Notes: generated by a model not told the origin, from the sequence alone. Positions 34,955 to 47,054 are shown, numbered from the whole stretch's first letter. The stretch: 63,010 bases of DNA, filler included, from Asterionella formosa (GCA_002256025.1; 7 parts of 7 records of this genome joined end to end with filler, not necessarily neighbours in it); one strand, 5' to 3'. Numbers and translations: made by a program.

Positions 34955-35999
34955 GTGATGATTGCTGATGCAGGAGGTATCACTACGATTCTGTCTGCAA
35001 TGAAGATTCATTCCTCAAATGCTACTGTGCAAGAAAAAGGTTGTGGAGTACTTTGTTGCTTAGCTTTTAATGACAACAACGAGGTGATGATTGCTGAAGC
35101 AGGAGGTATCACTACAATTCTATCTGCGATGTATAACCATTTCTCCAATCTTAATGTGCAATACTGTGGTTGTGCAGCACTTATGAAGTTGGCTACTAAT
35201 AATGAAAGCATCAAGCTGATAATTGCCAATGCTGGTGGAGAAGATGCAATTAAATCTGCTATTCGAAATCACTCATCCAATGCTGGTGTCTGGGAAAAAG
35301 GTCATGAAGCACTTCTTATGATTCAACCAATTTCAACAACATCCAAGAGAGCGCATGTTCCTTCCTTAACCACTCCAACACCAAGCAGTAGCAATTCAAC
35401 TGATCTCATTTCTGAAGGTCAATCGAAAATGAAGGAAGCTATCGACAATGTGAAATCAAGACCAATCGAGCTTTCTGCTGAATTCATTACTTATTGTACA
35501 AACAATTTTGCTGAAGACAGAAAACTTGGTCAAGGAGCTTTTGGTGCTGTTTACAAAGGCCAAGATGACAATCGGGATTTTGCTGTTAAATGTATTCTAT
35601 TCAATATTGCTGTTGAGAAAAATAAGGTGGAGGAAGTTACCAAGGGTTTTAAAAGAGAATTGCAGGTGAGCTCATTTGTGGTATCAAATATTGCATTTCG
35701 TTTCAAGTCTTTATGTTTCTCATTCTACTGTCATACTGTTTCAGGCCTTGAAGAGGTTCCGACACCCCAATATTGTAACTTTGTATGGCTATCATTTGTC
35801 CCCTAATTCGCTTTATCAATACCTTGTGTTTGAGTATGCATCCAATGGTTCACTTGAGACATTCTATAGGAGTGAACAAAAAAGGGCAGGTCTCTCAAGT
35901 AAGATCTGACTTCGAATCATGTTCGAAATCTTTTGTGCCATCCACTACCTTCATACTGGTACAAAGGACAACCTTGGTCTGTTTCATCGTGATATCAAG
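34955..35999 (+). pseudogene. Armadillo-repeat + IRAK/Pelle-like Ser/Thr kinase fragment; intron 35666-35744; premature stop; cut off by scaffold end
   Basis: ARM repeats (IAEAGGITTILSAM..H.SN..VQ..GC.AL..LA); TNNFAEDRKLGQGAFGAVYKG, FAVK, HPNIVTLYGY, LVFEYASNGSL, HYLH, FHRDIK; GT..AG intron restores frame; TGA at 35907-35909 interrupts the kinase. Confidence 0.8.
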
Positions 36000-36099
36000 N
36001 NNNNNNNNNNNNNNNNNNNNNNNNNNNNNNNNNNNNNNNNNNNTTAATTAATTAANNNNNNNNNNNNNNNNNNNNNNNNNNNNNNNNNNNNNNNNNNNN
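36000..36099. other. Artificial scaffold spacer
   Basis: N44-TTAATTAATTAA-N44. Confidence 0.98.
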
Positions 36100-38883
36100 T
36101 GGGGCAATAGCTAACGATCTCGCATCCTCACTGACATAAAGAGTAGCTCCCTTTCCAGCAGTAGTGAAGGAAACAGAAGGCGCCAATTTCCTATCAGTGT
36201 CAAGCTTCGAAGCAATGATCACATCGTCCTCGATGGTCAACTTAGAATTTTTTGCACCAACGCCGTGACCGGCGGTGTTTACCTTCTGTCTTTTGCCGGA
36301 TATATTGGAAGGTTCAAAGCCTCCAAAAGTTCCAGCAACTTTGTCTTTCAAACAAAATCCAGACGAATCATAGCTGACATTTTCAGCCTGCAAAAGTTTG
36401 TTTGCCTTGGTGTATGCTTCTCCTGACACTTGCACAATTATACCCTTGCCTGCAGTTGAAAATGAAACCGGCGTAGCAATAGCATTATCTGGCGGATGCT
36501 CGAGTGAACAATCCTGGTCGCCGCTGCCACTCAATTCGTCCATGACCGAATTCAGAGCATCTTTTGGATTACCTTGATTGATAGTTCGAACCTCACTCGA
36601 GGCAGATACATAATTTACATCAAAAAATATTTGTGACTCCACAACGGGAGGTGCACTGTCACTTGAGAGCAAAATACTTGCTTTCGCCATTGCCTCCACA
36701 GAAACTGAGAGTTTTATTCCTTTTCCAGCTGTTGCAAACGACATAATTTGGGGGATCGTGGACGGATTCTCTGATTTGAACAAGCGACTCGAGTCGGCAA
36801 TGGCCTGATCTGAGATTTGTTCCGTTTCATTCTCGATCTTTGAGGCATGACTATTTAGCTTGGTAATCTGTTTGGATTGAGATACGTGGCCTCTCATCGC
36901 TCCTCTTGTGGTTGATGCTACTGAAACGAAATCAAGAAATTCTGAAACTGGTTCGATCGACTTTGTCGGGATTGCGTCTATCTGCTTACAGTCTGGTTTC
37001 GTTGTGGAATGTTCGTCCTTATTGCAAACCCAAAACATTCCAGCCTTGATAATTGCTTCTTTAGATAGTTTGATTTCTGATCGCTTTCCACTTGTATTGA
37101 AGCAAATCGGTGATGCAACTGTAGAAAAAATCGAGTGTTCTGCGCCACTATTCCCTCGTTTCACGAACGCCTTTCCATTGACCATTGAGTCGTCGGAAAT
37201 CATAATTTTCATGTCCCTGTCAGCAGTTGCGAAATGTACTGATTCATAAGCGGGTAGTTCTTTACCGCTGGAGTTCCCACCTTTAAAGTTCGACGAGTGA
37301 ACTAAATTTGATGCTAAAGCCAAGTTCATGTCGGACTGGATACATTGGCCTTCAGTGGATACCACGTGATGTGAGTGGAGTTTTGAATCTGCCTCGAGGT
37401 TGGTATCTAAAAGTAGCTTCTTCGCTTTCACGATATCTTCTTCTGAGACCGATATCAATGACGAGCGCCCTGCTGTACGAAACTCGATTGCAGGCAGTGA
37501 GAAAGGAGCGTCCGATGGAAGGTATGGTAGTTGCTCGTTATCAGAAGGATCAACCGAGTCATGGCTTGAATTACCATCAAAAATTGTACCGTCTCCGGCA
37601 CCGATATTTTCGGCGCTCTGTTCATCATTGCGAAACATGGGGACAGAATTCGGTTGGGTATTGTTAATTCCTCTTTTGCTGTGTTCATTTTTGAAATAGT
37701 CACAAGGAGATAGACCAATGGGAAATCCTTCCTTCACATGATCGTCTAAATCTGCCTTTTCCAGGTTTCCAGCTCTGAAATCTCTAGGCAAAATGGAAAC
37801 CACTTCAATTGATTTGGTTGACTCCTTCCTTTTAAACTTGTAGTTTCCACCTTTAGTCAATGGGGACGGCGGGGAACAACCTGGTTCTTCGTCTGGTGTA
37901 CAACCCATGTCATTTATCGATGCAGAAATTGCTTCTTGAGACTGGCTAGATTGGTATTGAGTATAAGTAAAGCCTCCATTTTGTTGAGTCATAATCTGCG
38001 AGAAACCAATACCTTGAGTGAAACTCTGGCCGCTTGGCGGAGGACAACACAAACGGACCTCGCAGTTGGTAACCTCGTTAAACATTGCAACTTGCGTGTG
38101 TCGTTGCGATTCGAATTGGTTGCCTTGCTGAATTTTCTTTCCGGAAGAATTTTCAATGTCACTCTTCGCACGTGTGATTGAATCCGCAGTAGATTCTTTC
38201 CCCGAAGCTTCCGATTGCTCAGTTTCAAAATTTGATGCATTCTCTGCGCAAACAGGGTATATACAAACATTAGACGCTTTGCCAGTCTGACTTTTCGATG
38301 ATGGATCTTTATCTGATGTGCAGGATCTGAGATTCTGATGTGATTGTTGTACTGTTGCAATTGGTAGATCAGAAACAAGAGAGGTAAGCGCGATGACTCT
38401 CGCTGTGGCTTCTTGATGTTGAGTCAGTTGATTCCCTGAACCTTTTTCCAGGTATGCTTCCGCAGGTGAAGAAGGAAAAACATTGATATCTGCCGCTGAT
38501 TCGCTCGCTGACTCTGGATTTTCATCTTTCTTCGGAGACTTTATGGCATCGGGCTTCCATGTTCCTTCTTGAGGCTTATTCATCCTGACACTTGCTACTA
38601 AAATATGTCGATCCACCTTTCCGTGGATTCGAAGCCGCACTGTGACGGTTGTTTCGACCGAGTAGTGCAGCATGACCGCGATCTCTTGCCTCTTGCGTTT
38701 TCGTTGCTGGATCCAAGACCCAACTTTGGACATTTTTGTTGTCGAATTCGTTAAATCTTCCAATGCTGGTCTCTGACAATCACATCGTCGTCGAGTCTTT
38801 TCTTTTGTACACACAGAACATCTCCATAATGTGATCGACGGAGCCGCTTGTTCTGACGCCCGACGCTTTCTTGTCATCATCAT
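36100..38883 (-). CDS. BRCA2: BRCA2 homolog, N-terminal part with at least six BRC-like repeats (3' end missing)
   Basis: FRTAGRSSLISVSEEDIVKAKKLL, FATADRDMKIMISDD, FNTSGKRSEIKLSKEAIIKA, FATAGKGIKLSVSVEAMAKASILL, FSTAGKGIIVQVSGEAYTKANKLL, FTTAGKGATLYVSEDA match the BRC pattern FxTAxG..V.VS...L.KA..L; the DNA-binding C-terminus would lie beyond the scaffold end. Confidence 0.82.
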
Positions 38884-39569
38884 TGTTTTGTCGTCGTTTC
38901 TATTCTCAAAAAACTTTGCTCAGCCTTTTGGCGTTGGCAAAGTCTGGACTATTGGAACTGGAGGTGCAATAGAAGAGTGGCGGCTCAGTGGTTTATGCTA
39001 CAGTAGACAGATAATACCGGTGGACGAGTAAGAATAGATAAATGCGATCATAGAGACACCTTGCCGCGATCATCCCGCCCTGCATGCATTTTGTTACATT
39101 GTTGTTATCTGGTAACCATAAACATTTCAATCACCAAAGCGCGCTGGAGCGATGATTCCTACAATGGCGGCAGGGGGAGAATACCCAATTTGGTACGGAG
39201 TACCTGGGACTATACAACCGGTACCTAGTACCCTGGTACCGTAAAGATACAGTTTTATACATATCATGATATATATAAATATGAATACGACATTCACCCT
39301 AAGGAAATTATGGCGCGGTCGAGTCTGTCCATCTTACCGGATATTACGTTGTTAACACACAGAACAGAAACCACTGACCTCCACAATTGTTTGTGTGAAA
39401 TTCTTTGTGATTGGATTCGTGACAAGCATGGTTCTCATGATTGACGATTTCTTCAAGCTAGCTCTGCGCGTCAGGGTTTCACTACCTCGTATCTAGGGAG
39501 AGTAAAATGGAGTGGGATGACACAGGAGTTCGCTTCAAGGTGACATAGTATTGTAAACATAATTCTCTC

Positions 39570-39878
39570 ATGAAGTCACGGGACAATCATAACCTGAAAA
39601 GTAATAATTCAACACACAAACTATCGCAACAACAGAAGCAATTAATGATGAGATTGACACCAAAGCCAGAAAGGAAGCCTTTAATGACTCCCCAACTCCT
39701 CAATGCCATACTCTATGAGTTGACATTGGATTCAAAGTATTTGGAAGAGGAATGTTCACGCGTTCGCGAAGGGTATCACGAAATGGGTTCTCCAGTTTCA
39801 CGACCACCCGAGAAGTGTGCTCACCCTACTGCAGATGCCGTCTATCACTCTGGACTCCATACCGCAGCAATTGTCTGA
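39570..39878 (+). CDS. Small hypothetical protein
   Basis: 102 aa ATG-initiated ORF between BRCA2 and the PsbQ-like gene with protein-like composition; no recognised domain. Confidence 0.35.
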   Translation: MKSRDNHNLKSNNSTHKLSQQQKQLMMRLTPKPERKPLMTPQLLNAILYELTLDSKYLEEECSRVREGYHEMGSPVSRPPEKCAHPTADAVYHSGLHTAAIV

Positions 39879-39980
39879 TTCATTCATTTGATAAAGACAT
39901 TTTATATGCTGTTCCGTCCAAAATCGAAACATGATGTGTAAACGTTTAACGTAGGTCTTACTGTTTAATTATAATTGAAC

Positions 39981-40592
39981 TTAAATACTCTTTGCCATTT
40001 CAATCGCTTCCCCAAGTTGAGCAATAGCTTTCATAGCAAGATCAGCGGGTTCCTTAACTTTAACTTTGCCATTTCCAGGTTGAAAGTATACAAAAACATT
40101 ATCATAGACAAGTTGATCACACATTTGCAGTGAGATGGAGAGTTCATCCTTAATGTCCACCAATCCAAACTCGTCTGTTGCCTTGGCAATCTTGAGAATT
40201 GTATTCTTGGCATCACCCATATTCCACAAGTTATTGACAGGAGGTGTCTTAAGTATTTGTCGAACTCCCTCCCAATTTTCGGCTTGAATCATCGCAGGGA
40301 TTGGCTTGAGCTTCTGTCTGCTGACTTCTAATTCGTTAATCATGGACTCGACCGTGTCGTCTGCTGCTGCCACGATTGATGGCAACGACGTGAGAACCAA
40401 CACGGAACATGCACCAGTAGTAGTAGCAGTAGTAGTCAAGGATAAAATATCCCGCCGAGTCAGTAGGACCATGGTTCGTTCAGTCAAGAATGATGGGCGG
40501 ATCGTTGGGCGAAATACTGTGACAAAACAGTTCACAGCTGAGAGGCAACTGACAACTAATAACAAAAGAGCATTCTGGATTCTTCTAAACAT
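39981..40592 (-). CDS. Plastid thylakoid-lumen protein, PsbQ-like family
   Basis: Signal peptide ending SAVNC-F (diatom bipartite type), transit region, twin-arginine TRRDILS, AAA cleavage site, helical mature domain with ENWEGVRQIL. Confidence 0.65.
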   Translation of the reverse strand: MFRRIQNALLLLVVSCLSAVNCFVTVFRPTIRPSFLTERTMVLLTRRDILSLTTTATTTGACSVLVLTSLPSIVAAADDTVESMINELEVSRQKLKPIPAMIQAENWEGVRQILKTPPVNNLWNMGDAKNTILKIAKATDEFGLVDIKDELSISLQMCDQLVYDNVFVYFQPGNGKVKVKEPADLAMKAIAQLGEAIEMAKSI

Positions 40593-41470
40593 GTTTTGGC
40601 TTGGATTGGGATGAATTCGTTGGTCTCAACAGGCAACAGTGTTGCGATTGTTATATATATTATCAAATGAAAGGGAATGGTGAAAAGATTATGTAGACGA
40701 TACCGGCACTCCGCCTTTGGATTTGCGTACCGGTACCAGGACTCCGAGTACCAGGTACAGGTACCATATACCTGGTATTTTGCGCGTGTAATATCTAATA
40801 TCCGTACCTGGCACTGGTAACTGGTCCAGCTACCTGTAATTGTGTTGTTGTCATCCATGGTCTCCCGTGATATCATGATTCTCTGTCATCACATCGTCTC
40901 ATCCACGGTATTTAATGATCCTGAATGGGAAGGTCCGGCAATTGAGATATTTAGCTTAATCTTTTTAAGTTTTAANNNNNNNNNNNNNNNNNNNNNNNNN
41001 NNNNNNNNNNNNNNNNNNNNNNNNNNNNNNNNNNNNNNNNNNNNNNNNNNNNNNNNNNNNNNNNNNNNNNNNNNNNNNNNNNNNNNNNNNNNNNNNNNNN
41101 NNNNNNNNNNNNNNNNNNNNNNNNNNNNNNNNNNNNNNNNNNNNNNNNNNNNNNNNNNNNNNNNNNNNNNNNNNNNNNNNNNNNNNNNNNNNNNNNNNNN
41201 NNNNNNNNNNNNNNNNNNNNNNNNNNNNNNNNNNNNNNNNNNNNNNNNNNNNNNNNNNNNNNNNNNNNNNNNNNNNNNNNNNNNNNNNNNNNNNNNNNNN
41301 NNNNNNNNNNNNNNNNNNNNNNNNNNNNNNNNNNNNNNNNNNNNNNNNNNNNNNNNNNNNNNNNNNNNNNNNNNNNNNNNNNNNNNNNNNNNNNNNNNNN
41401 NTTAATGAAAACTGCCGGTATCACAGAAACTACCATAACAAATTACAGAAAATATTTATAAAACGATAGA

Positions 41471-42571
41471 ATGAGCAACAGTACATGCGAGGCCTGCGGA
41501 TGGGCAGCCGCTGGAGTTTCCATGTTGGCGTTTGGATCCTTTGCTGTGCCCATCAAGAGTGAAGCAGCACGATCCGTGGACGTGGATCCATTGGTCTTTC
41601 AATCTTACAAAACTCTCATGTGCTTCCTGACGTCTTGGCTTGTCCTGCTTTTACCGGGACAGCGCGAGTTTACATTCACTGCATGGGGCATTGTCAGCGG
41701 GCTATTTTGGGTCCCCGGAGGGATCGCGACCGTCTATGCTGTGAAGGCTGCTGGAATTGCCGTCGCCAGTGGCGTGGGTTCCAGTTTTATTGTTCTAGTA
41801 TCTTTCACATGGGGCATTTTCATATTCCGGGAAAACGTGGAATCCAAGGTTGGGGCTTGCCTTGCGATTATGTTTATGATTCTAGGCATTTGTGGAATGG
41901 CCACCTTCTCCTCCCCGACCAAAGTCTTTGCTGAAATTGGAGACGGTACGATTTTGGACAATATTTCGCCAACGTCGAATTCGGGATACCAAGGACTTCA
42001 GAGAGAGGATCTTGATTCCTTCTCGGATGATGTGGATTTGGACACACTTCATGATGCTCCAGATATTCGTTTGCCGTCCTCCCCGCCATTCGATGGACAC
42101 ATTATTTGGGGACGTAAAGTACCCCGCCGAACACTTGGGATATCCGCTGCCATATTTTGTGGTATATGGGGAGGGAGTATCATGGTACCAATGCACTTTT
42201 CTCCAAGAAAGGACACTGGAGTGGGATACACCATCTCGTTTGGAATCGGGGCCTCTGTAGTTACCATTTTTCTCTGGATTCTTCGATTCGGGTACAACGT
42301 GCTTTGTACCAAATCAATTCTGTTAGCCTACCAAAGTCTTCCATCGTTTCATGTGCGAGTCATGTGGATCGCGGGGTGCACAAGTGGGATGGTATGGAGT
42401 ATTGGGAACTTCTTTAGCATTATTTCTGTGGAATTCTTGGGTGAGGGTGTGGGTTACAGTGTTGTACAAGCAGCCATGTTGGTCAGTGGACTCTGGGGCA
42501 TTTTTTATTACCATGAGATAGCTGGAGCAACAAGAATATGCTGTTGGATGCTCTCGGCGATGCTGACTGTA
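41471..42571 (+). CDS. TMEM144: TMEM144-like (DMT superfamily) multi-pass transporter; 3' end in gap
   Basis: FGSFAVPIK, DPLVFQSYK, WGIVSGLFWVPGG, GMVWSIGNFFS, LVSGLWGIFYYHEI; two hydrophobic halves separated by a hydrophilic loop. Confidence 0.8.
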
Positions 42572-43312
42572 NNNNNNNNNNNNNNNNNNNNNNNNNNNNN
42601 NNNNNNNNNNNNNNNNNNNNNNNNNNNNNNNNNNNNNNNNNNNNNNNNNNNNNNNNNNNNNNNNNNNNNNNNNNNNNNNNNNNNNNNNNNNNNNNNNNNN
42701 NNNNNNNNNNNNNNNNNNNNNNNNNNNNNNNNNNNNNNNNNNNNNNNNNNNNNNNNNNNNNNNNNNNNNNNNNNNNNNNNNNNNNNNNNNNNNNNNNNNN
42801 NNNNNNNNNNNNNNNNNNNNNNNNNNNNNNNNNNNNNNNNNNNNNNNNNNNNNNNNNNNNNNNNNNNNNNNNNNNNNNNNNNNNNNNNNNNNNNNNNNNN
42901 NNNNNNNNNNNNNNNNNNNNNNNNNNNNNNNNNNNNNNNNNNNNNNNNNNNNNNNNNNNNNNNNNNNNNNNNNNNNNNNNNNNNNNNNNNNNNNNNNNNN
43001 NNNNNNNNNNNNNNNNNNNNNNNNNNNNNNNNNNNNNNNNNNNNNNNNNNNNNNNNNNNNNNNNNNNNNNNNNNNNNNNNNNNNNNNNNNNNNNNNNNNN
43101 NNNNNNNNNNNNNNNNNNNNNNNNNNNNNNNNNNNNNNNNNNNNNNNNNNNNNNNNNNNNNNNNNNNNNNNNNNNNNNNNNNNNNNNNNNNNNNNNNNNN
43201 NNNNNNNNNNNNNNNNNNNNNNNNNNNNNNNNNNNNNNNNNNNNNNNNNNNNNNNNNNNNNNNNNNNNNNNNNNNNNNNNNNNNNNNNNNNNNNNNNNNN
43301 NNNNNNNNNNNN

Positions 43313-44915
43313 TTGTAGGCCTTGTTCTCCATGTTGATGGTCCTGAACTTTTCATCGTCGGGGTGATCGACGACATTTCCAATATAAGTCTTCAAAATTT
43401 TGAGACATGTTCCTCCATCACCACCTGCTCGATAGGCAGCCACTTTTTTGATATAGTCGTCAATCTTGGCAGCTGATGTTCCCGACTTTGCCTTTTTGGC
43501 GATATTATGAGCATCTGCACTTACTGCTCCCTTCTCATCAAGATCATATTGAATCCCATCTGGATTGTAACCATCCACTCCAAGTCTAGAACTAAGCTTT
43601 CCCTTGTTAGCGATTCGCTCGGCCTTATCCTTTGCTAGCTCAGCGCGGATCCTCTCTCGCTCCTTCTCAAAGGATTGCTTTTCCTTTCGACGCAATTGAG
43701 CTTCTCGTTTTCTTGTCTCCTGATCCAACTGTTCACGAGTTTTGTTCATCTCTTTTCCCATGAATCGACGTTGCTTTTCGCGTTCCACTTCATCCACCTT
43801 TTCAGTCTCTTCTCGTTCCGCTCGTTTAACCTTAAGGAGTTGCTTGATTTCCAAAATCTTTTCAGCCTTTTCTTCTGCGGTGAGCGGTTTGATAGCTTGT
43901 GTCGACTCTTCAAAGTCAGAATGTCCTGTTTTGTTCGCGTGAAGTTCCAAATTGGCCATGTTACTCAATACTCTACCACACTCATTGCATTTGTACGACA
44001 TCGCCTTGGCAAGTTCCTGTGGGATGGGATCATCAATGTCACTATCATCCTGATGTTGCATCAACCAATCCACAGCTCCTTCAACCGTTCCATTCCCATG
44101 CAGAAGTCCCTTTTGAGCGCGAAGGAGAGTGAATCCCATAGCCTCTGTCAATGCCTCTAGAGATTCCTTATCAAGGTTGAGAGTTGGATCTATCATGACA
44201 ACGTCTTCCTTACGATTTTCTTGTTCATCGTCGTGTTCTGACTCTTTCATTTCCATATCGTCCTTGGCACCCTCGTCCGTCATTTCCACATCCACAACGT
44301 ACGGAGCTGGTACTGGAGTAGGAGTTACCGCTGGTGGCGGCGCAGGTGTGTCAATATCAAATCGAGCCATTCTCTGCGCTCGTGCTTCTTCCGCCGTCAA
44401 GTGGATACTACTACCACCAAGACTTTGTCCTGTCGATAAATCTGCAGTGTCCTTATTGCTGTCTATCATGTCCCGGATCCCATCCATGTTGACACCCTCA
44501 ATACGATTGACTTCTGATCCGCGAACGAACAAAATATAAGTCGGAAATGCTCGGACACGAAAGGTTTGGATGGAATCACCAAGGTTGTGTTCATAGACAA
44601 TACTGAATTTCACATTCTTGGTTACATCTTGAGCATATCGAAGTGCCATTTGTTCCAGTGCTGGCTTGGAAGCTTTGCAGGGGCCACACCTGTTTATTGA
44701 TGGAATATAATGTATATACCGGTAGTGTCAGATCTCTGTTTGACTTGCGCATTTATATAACCATCAACGCGATCTTGATCAATCAGTAAAGCAAAAAGTT
44801 CGCGGCATGATGAACAACAAACGTACCACGTTGCACTGAAGCAGATTAAAGCACTCTTGTTCACTGTTATAAACTCCTTCACAGCCTGCTCTGATTCTAA
44901 TTCATGGAGTGTCAT
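43313..44915 (-). CDS. Thioredoxin-UBA-C2H2 zinc finger-coiled coil-PUB domain protein; intron 44826-44690; 3' end in gap
   Basis: Splicing GTACGT...AACAG (137 nt) produces the WCGPC active site; MGFTLLRAQKGL..AVDWL (UBA), CNECGRVLSNMANLELHANKTGH (ZnF), LKTYIGNVVDHPDDEKFRTINMENKAY (PUB). Confidence 0.88.
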
Positions 44916-45010
44916 GATCAATACTATTGTTTGCTAGAGAAGATGGTGATGGATGCTTCTTTTGAATTGCTTTGAGCGAGATTGTCCAAATAATGGTATG
45001 TTCAACGACA

Positions 45011-45110
45011 NNNNNNNNNNNNNNNNNNNNNNNNNNNNNNNNNNNNNNNNNNNNTTAATTAATTAANNNNNNNNNNNNNNNNNNNNNNNNNNNNNNNNNN
45101 NNNNNNNNNN
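45011..45110. other. Artificial scaffold spacer
   Basis: N44-TTAATTAATTAA-N44. Confidence 0.98.
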
Positions 45111-45437
45111 AGGCACTACTAGCTAGTAACTCAAAATGCTAGTCACATCGTGCATTGCCTGTACTATGTATACTGGGTGAACCGTACAAATTCATGCACG
45201 ATTTCATACATGCATTGTGTATTTGTAATTTGTTGCCGTATTTCGACATCAAGTATGTCATGCAAACGGATTCTGGATTCCGTCCTGTGGTCACTTGTGT
45301 GTAGAATTTTATTGTGTGTAGCCTGTTCATATCTTACCTACATAAATGTCAAACTGTCCGGTAAAACTGAAATGCAACTCATCATACTTTCCTGAAGACT
45401 ACCGGTATGAAGGAAAAAGGATCTGTTCGACTCCTGA

Positions 45438-45623
45438 AGGTAAGACACGACCGAGGGTGGAGACTGCCTGCGAGTATTCTTGTGTTCAAGGCTTGGGAGA
45501 TGCGAGTAGGTGGACCAAACGAGTGGCGCCCCCGGCGCTGTGACAAGGTCAACCTGCGAGGGCCTCCCAAGCCGAGTCGACAAGATTACGAGTAGGCAGA
45601 CTACTCCTGCGTAGGGTCTTCCT
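45438..45623 (+). other. Long imperfect rod-like hairpin (structured RNA or ssDNA candidate)
   Basis: Nested helices CTGCCTGC/GTAGGCAG, TCTTGT/ACAAGA, GGCTTGGGAG/CTCCCAAGCC, GTAGGTGGACC/GGTCAACCTGC, GTGGCGCC/GGCGCTGT; several G-U pairs on the + strand. Confidence 0.65.
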
Positions 45624-45949
45624 AGTTCACAAACTAGCTATCAGCGCCCTTTTCGTCACAAACATTGCCCTTACTGTTAACATTCAAAACATATTTCATA
45701 TTGTTTGCATGTTTGATGCGAACTAGCCAATTGCCCTTCATATTAAACAAATATTGTATATTTCACATGTACGTTTTTGGATAACTCAATCCTGCAATTT
45801 CCCATCATATAAAAAATATTTTGTATATTTCATATGCTCCTTTTTTGAGTGCCGAACTACCTTCAATATTTTCCATAGCCCCTAGATTTGCCTGCCGAAA
45901 TGGACTGCCGTTAATTTAAGGGAAATGGATTACTGACATCTATTGCCCC

Positions 45950-47050
45950 CCTGTGGACAGCCGTTTACTTGAAGGAAATGGGCTGACGAAATTAGAAGAG
46001 AGTAGGCGTAGGGAATGTCCTGGCCGGGAATGAGAGTGTAGGGCCCCCCACAAGCATGTGGCGGGCAAGGTCTTGCATAACTGCTGGCTGGGCCTGTAGG
46101 TGTAAGTACCACAGTGTTTTGTCGGATCGCCAGCAGCCAATTAAGCGAATGCGGTCAGTATCAACATGCGCGCACAGTAGATCCATAGCGCCGCCCGCCC
46201 GGACTTAGCGGGCGCTCACATCAGAGGGAAGAAAACCTACGGATGATCCGATGAGGGCTGCAGAGGCACGGAGTGTGACGGTGATATTGGTGGTCATGAT
46301 GTACATCCAGCGGTGGTTGTGGTGGAGGCCATTGATGGGGGTGATGGAATGGGCATTGTGTTGGGAAAGGGGAAGGAGGGAATCAAACTCCTCCCATACC
46401 GTGTCGAGAAGCGTCACAAGCGCCAATTAAAGTAGGTGGAGTGGGGACAAGTTCGCGGAAACGGGCGGGGCATGTGTGCAACTGGTTGACTATATGTTTA
46501 AAATCCGTCAAGAACTGGTGCACCGCGGCCATAAGTTTCACGCGATTTCTTGAAGTAGCCGATGTTAGCGCATGTTGGAAGAGACTAAATAAACCGCGGC
46601 TGCCGGGAAGAGCTGGCAGGACGCTACGTTATTCACCAATCAGCTGTTGCCAATTGCGGAGGGCCATGCATTGGCGGTTGGCCGTGGAGTCCAGGAGGTG
46701 ATTCAGTTTGGTCAGGCGATGGGGGGGGGGGGCAAGGTCTGGGTTTCAGTGTCGAGCGTCCAGCCTAGAATGGTTTTGGACGTGGACCAGTGGGCGTCAC
46801 CCTGACCAAGTTTCTTATCCGAGATTGGGTCCTTGCGGTAAGGGGGGTCTGACAGGGCTGGGGGCCGGAAGAGGGAGTTGATGGCATCAAGGAGGGCTGT
46901 GCGAACGCGGTGGCGATTGCGAGCGGTTTGGGCGATGTCAATAAAATCATCGACAAACACATCTGTGGCGGCCAATGGGATTTGCGGTTGGTGGAAGGCG
47001 GCGGGGGCCCATGGAGTTTGATGTCTAGGGGCGGCACGTCTGCGCTTGGT
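45950..47050 (-). mobile_element. DIRS-like tyrosine-recombinase retrotransposon relic (RT, connection region, YR C-terminus; internally deleted)
   Basis: DVFVDDFI...DPISDKKLGQGDAHWSTSKTILGW (RT); WQQLIGE*RS..PGSRGLFS; VSAR*VRAGGAMDLLCAHVDTDRIRLIGCWRSDKTLWYLH (YR catalytic end). GC-rich relative to flanks. Confidence 0.8.
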
Positions 47051-47054
47051 GTGT

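Noticed and set aside
40842..43476. Long ORFs made mostly of X residues
   Set aside because: They run through N gaps; only the TMEM144 and thioredoxin-PUB portions are supported.
45438..45623. SRP (7SL) RNA as the identity of the long hairpin
   Set aside because: No branched S domain with GNRA-capped helices, no helix-8 motif and no Alu domain visible on either strand.
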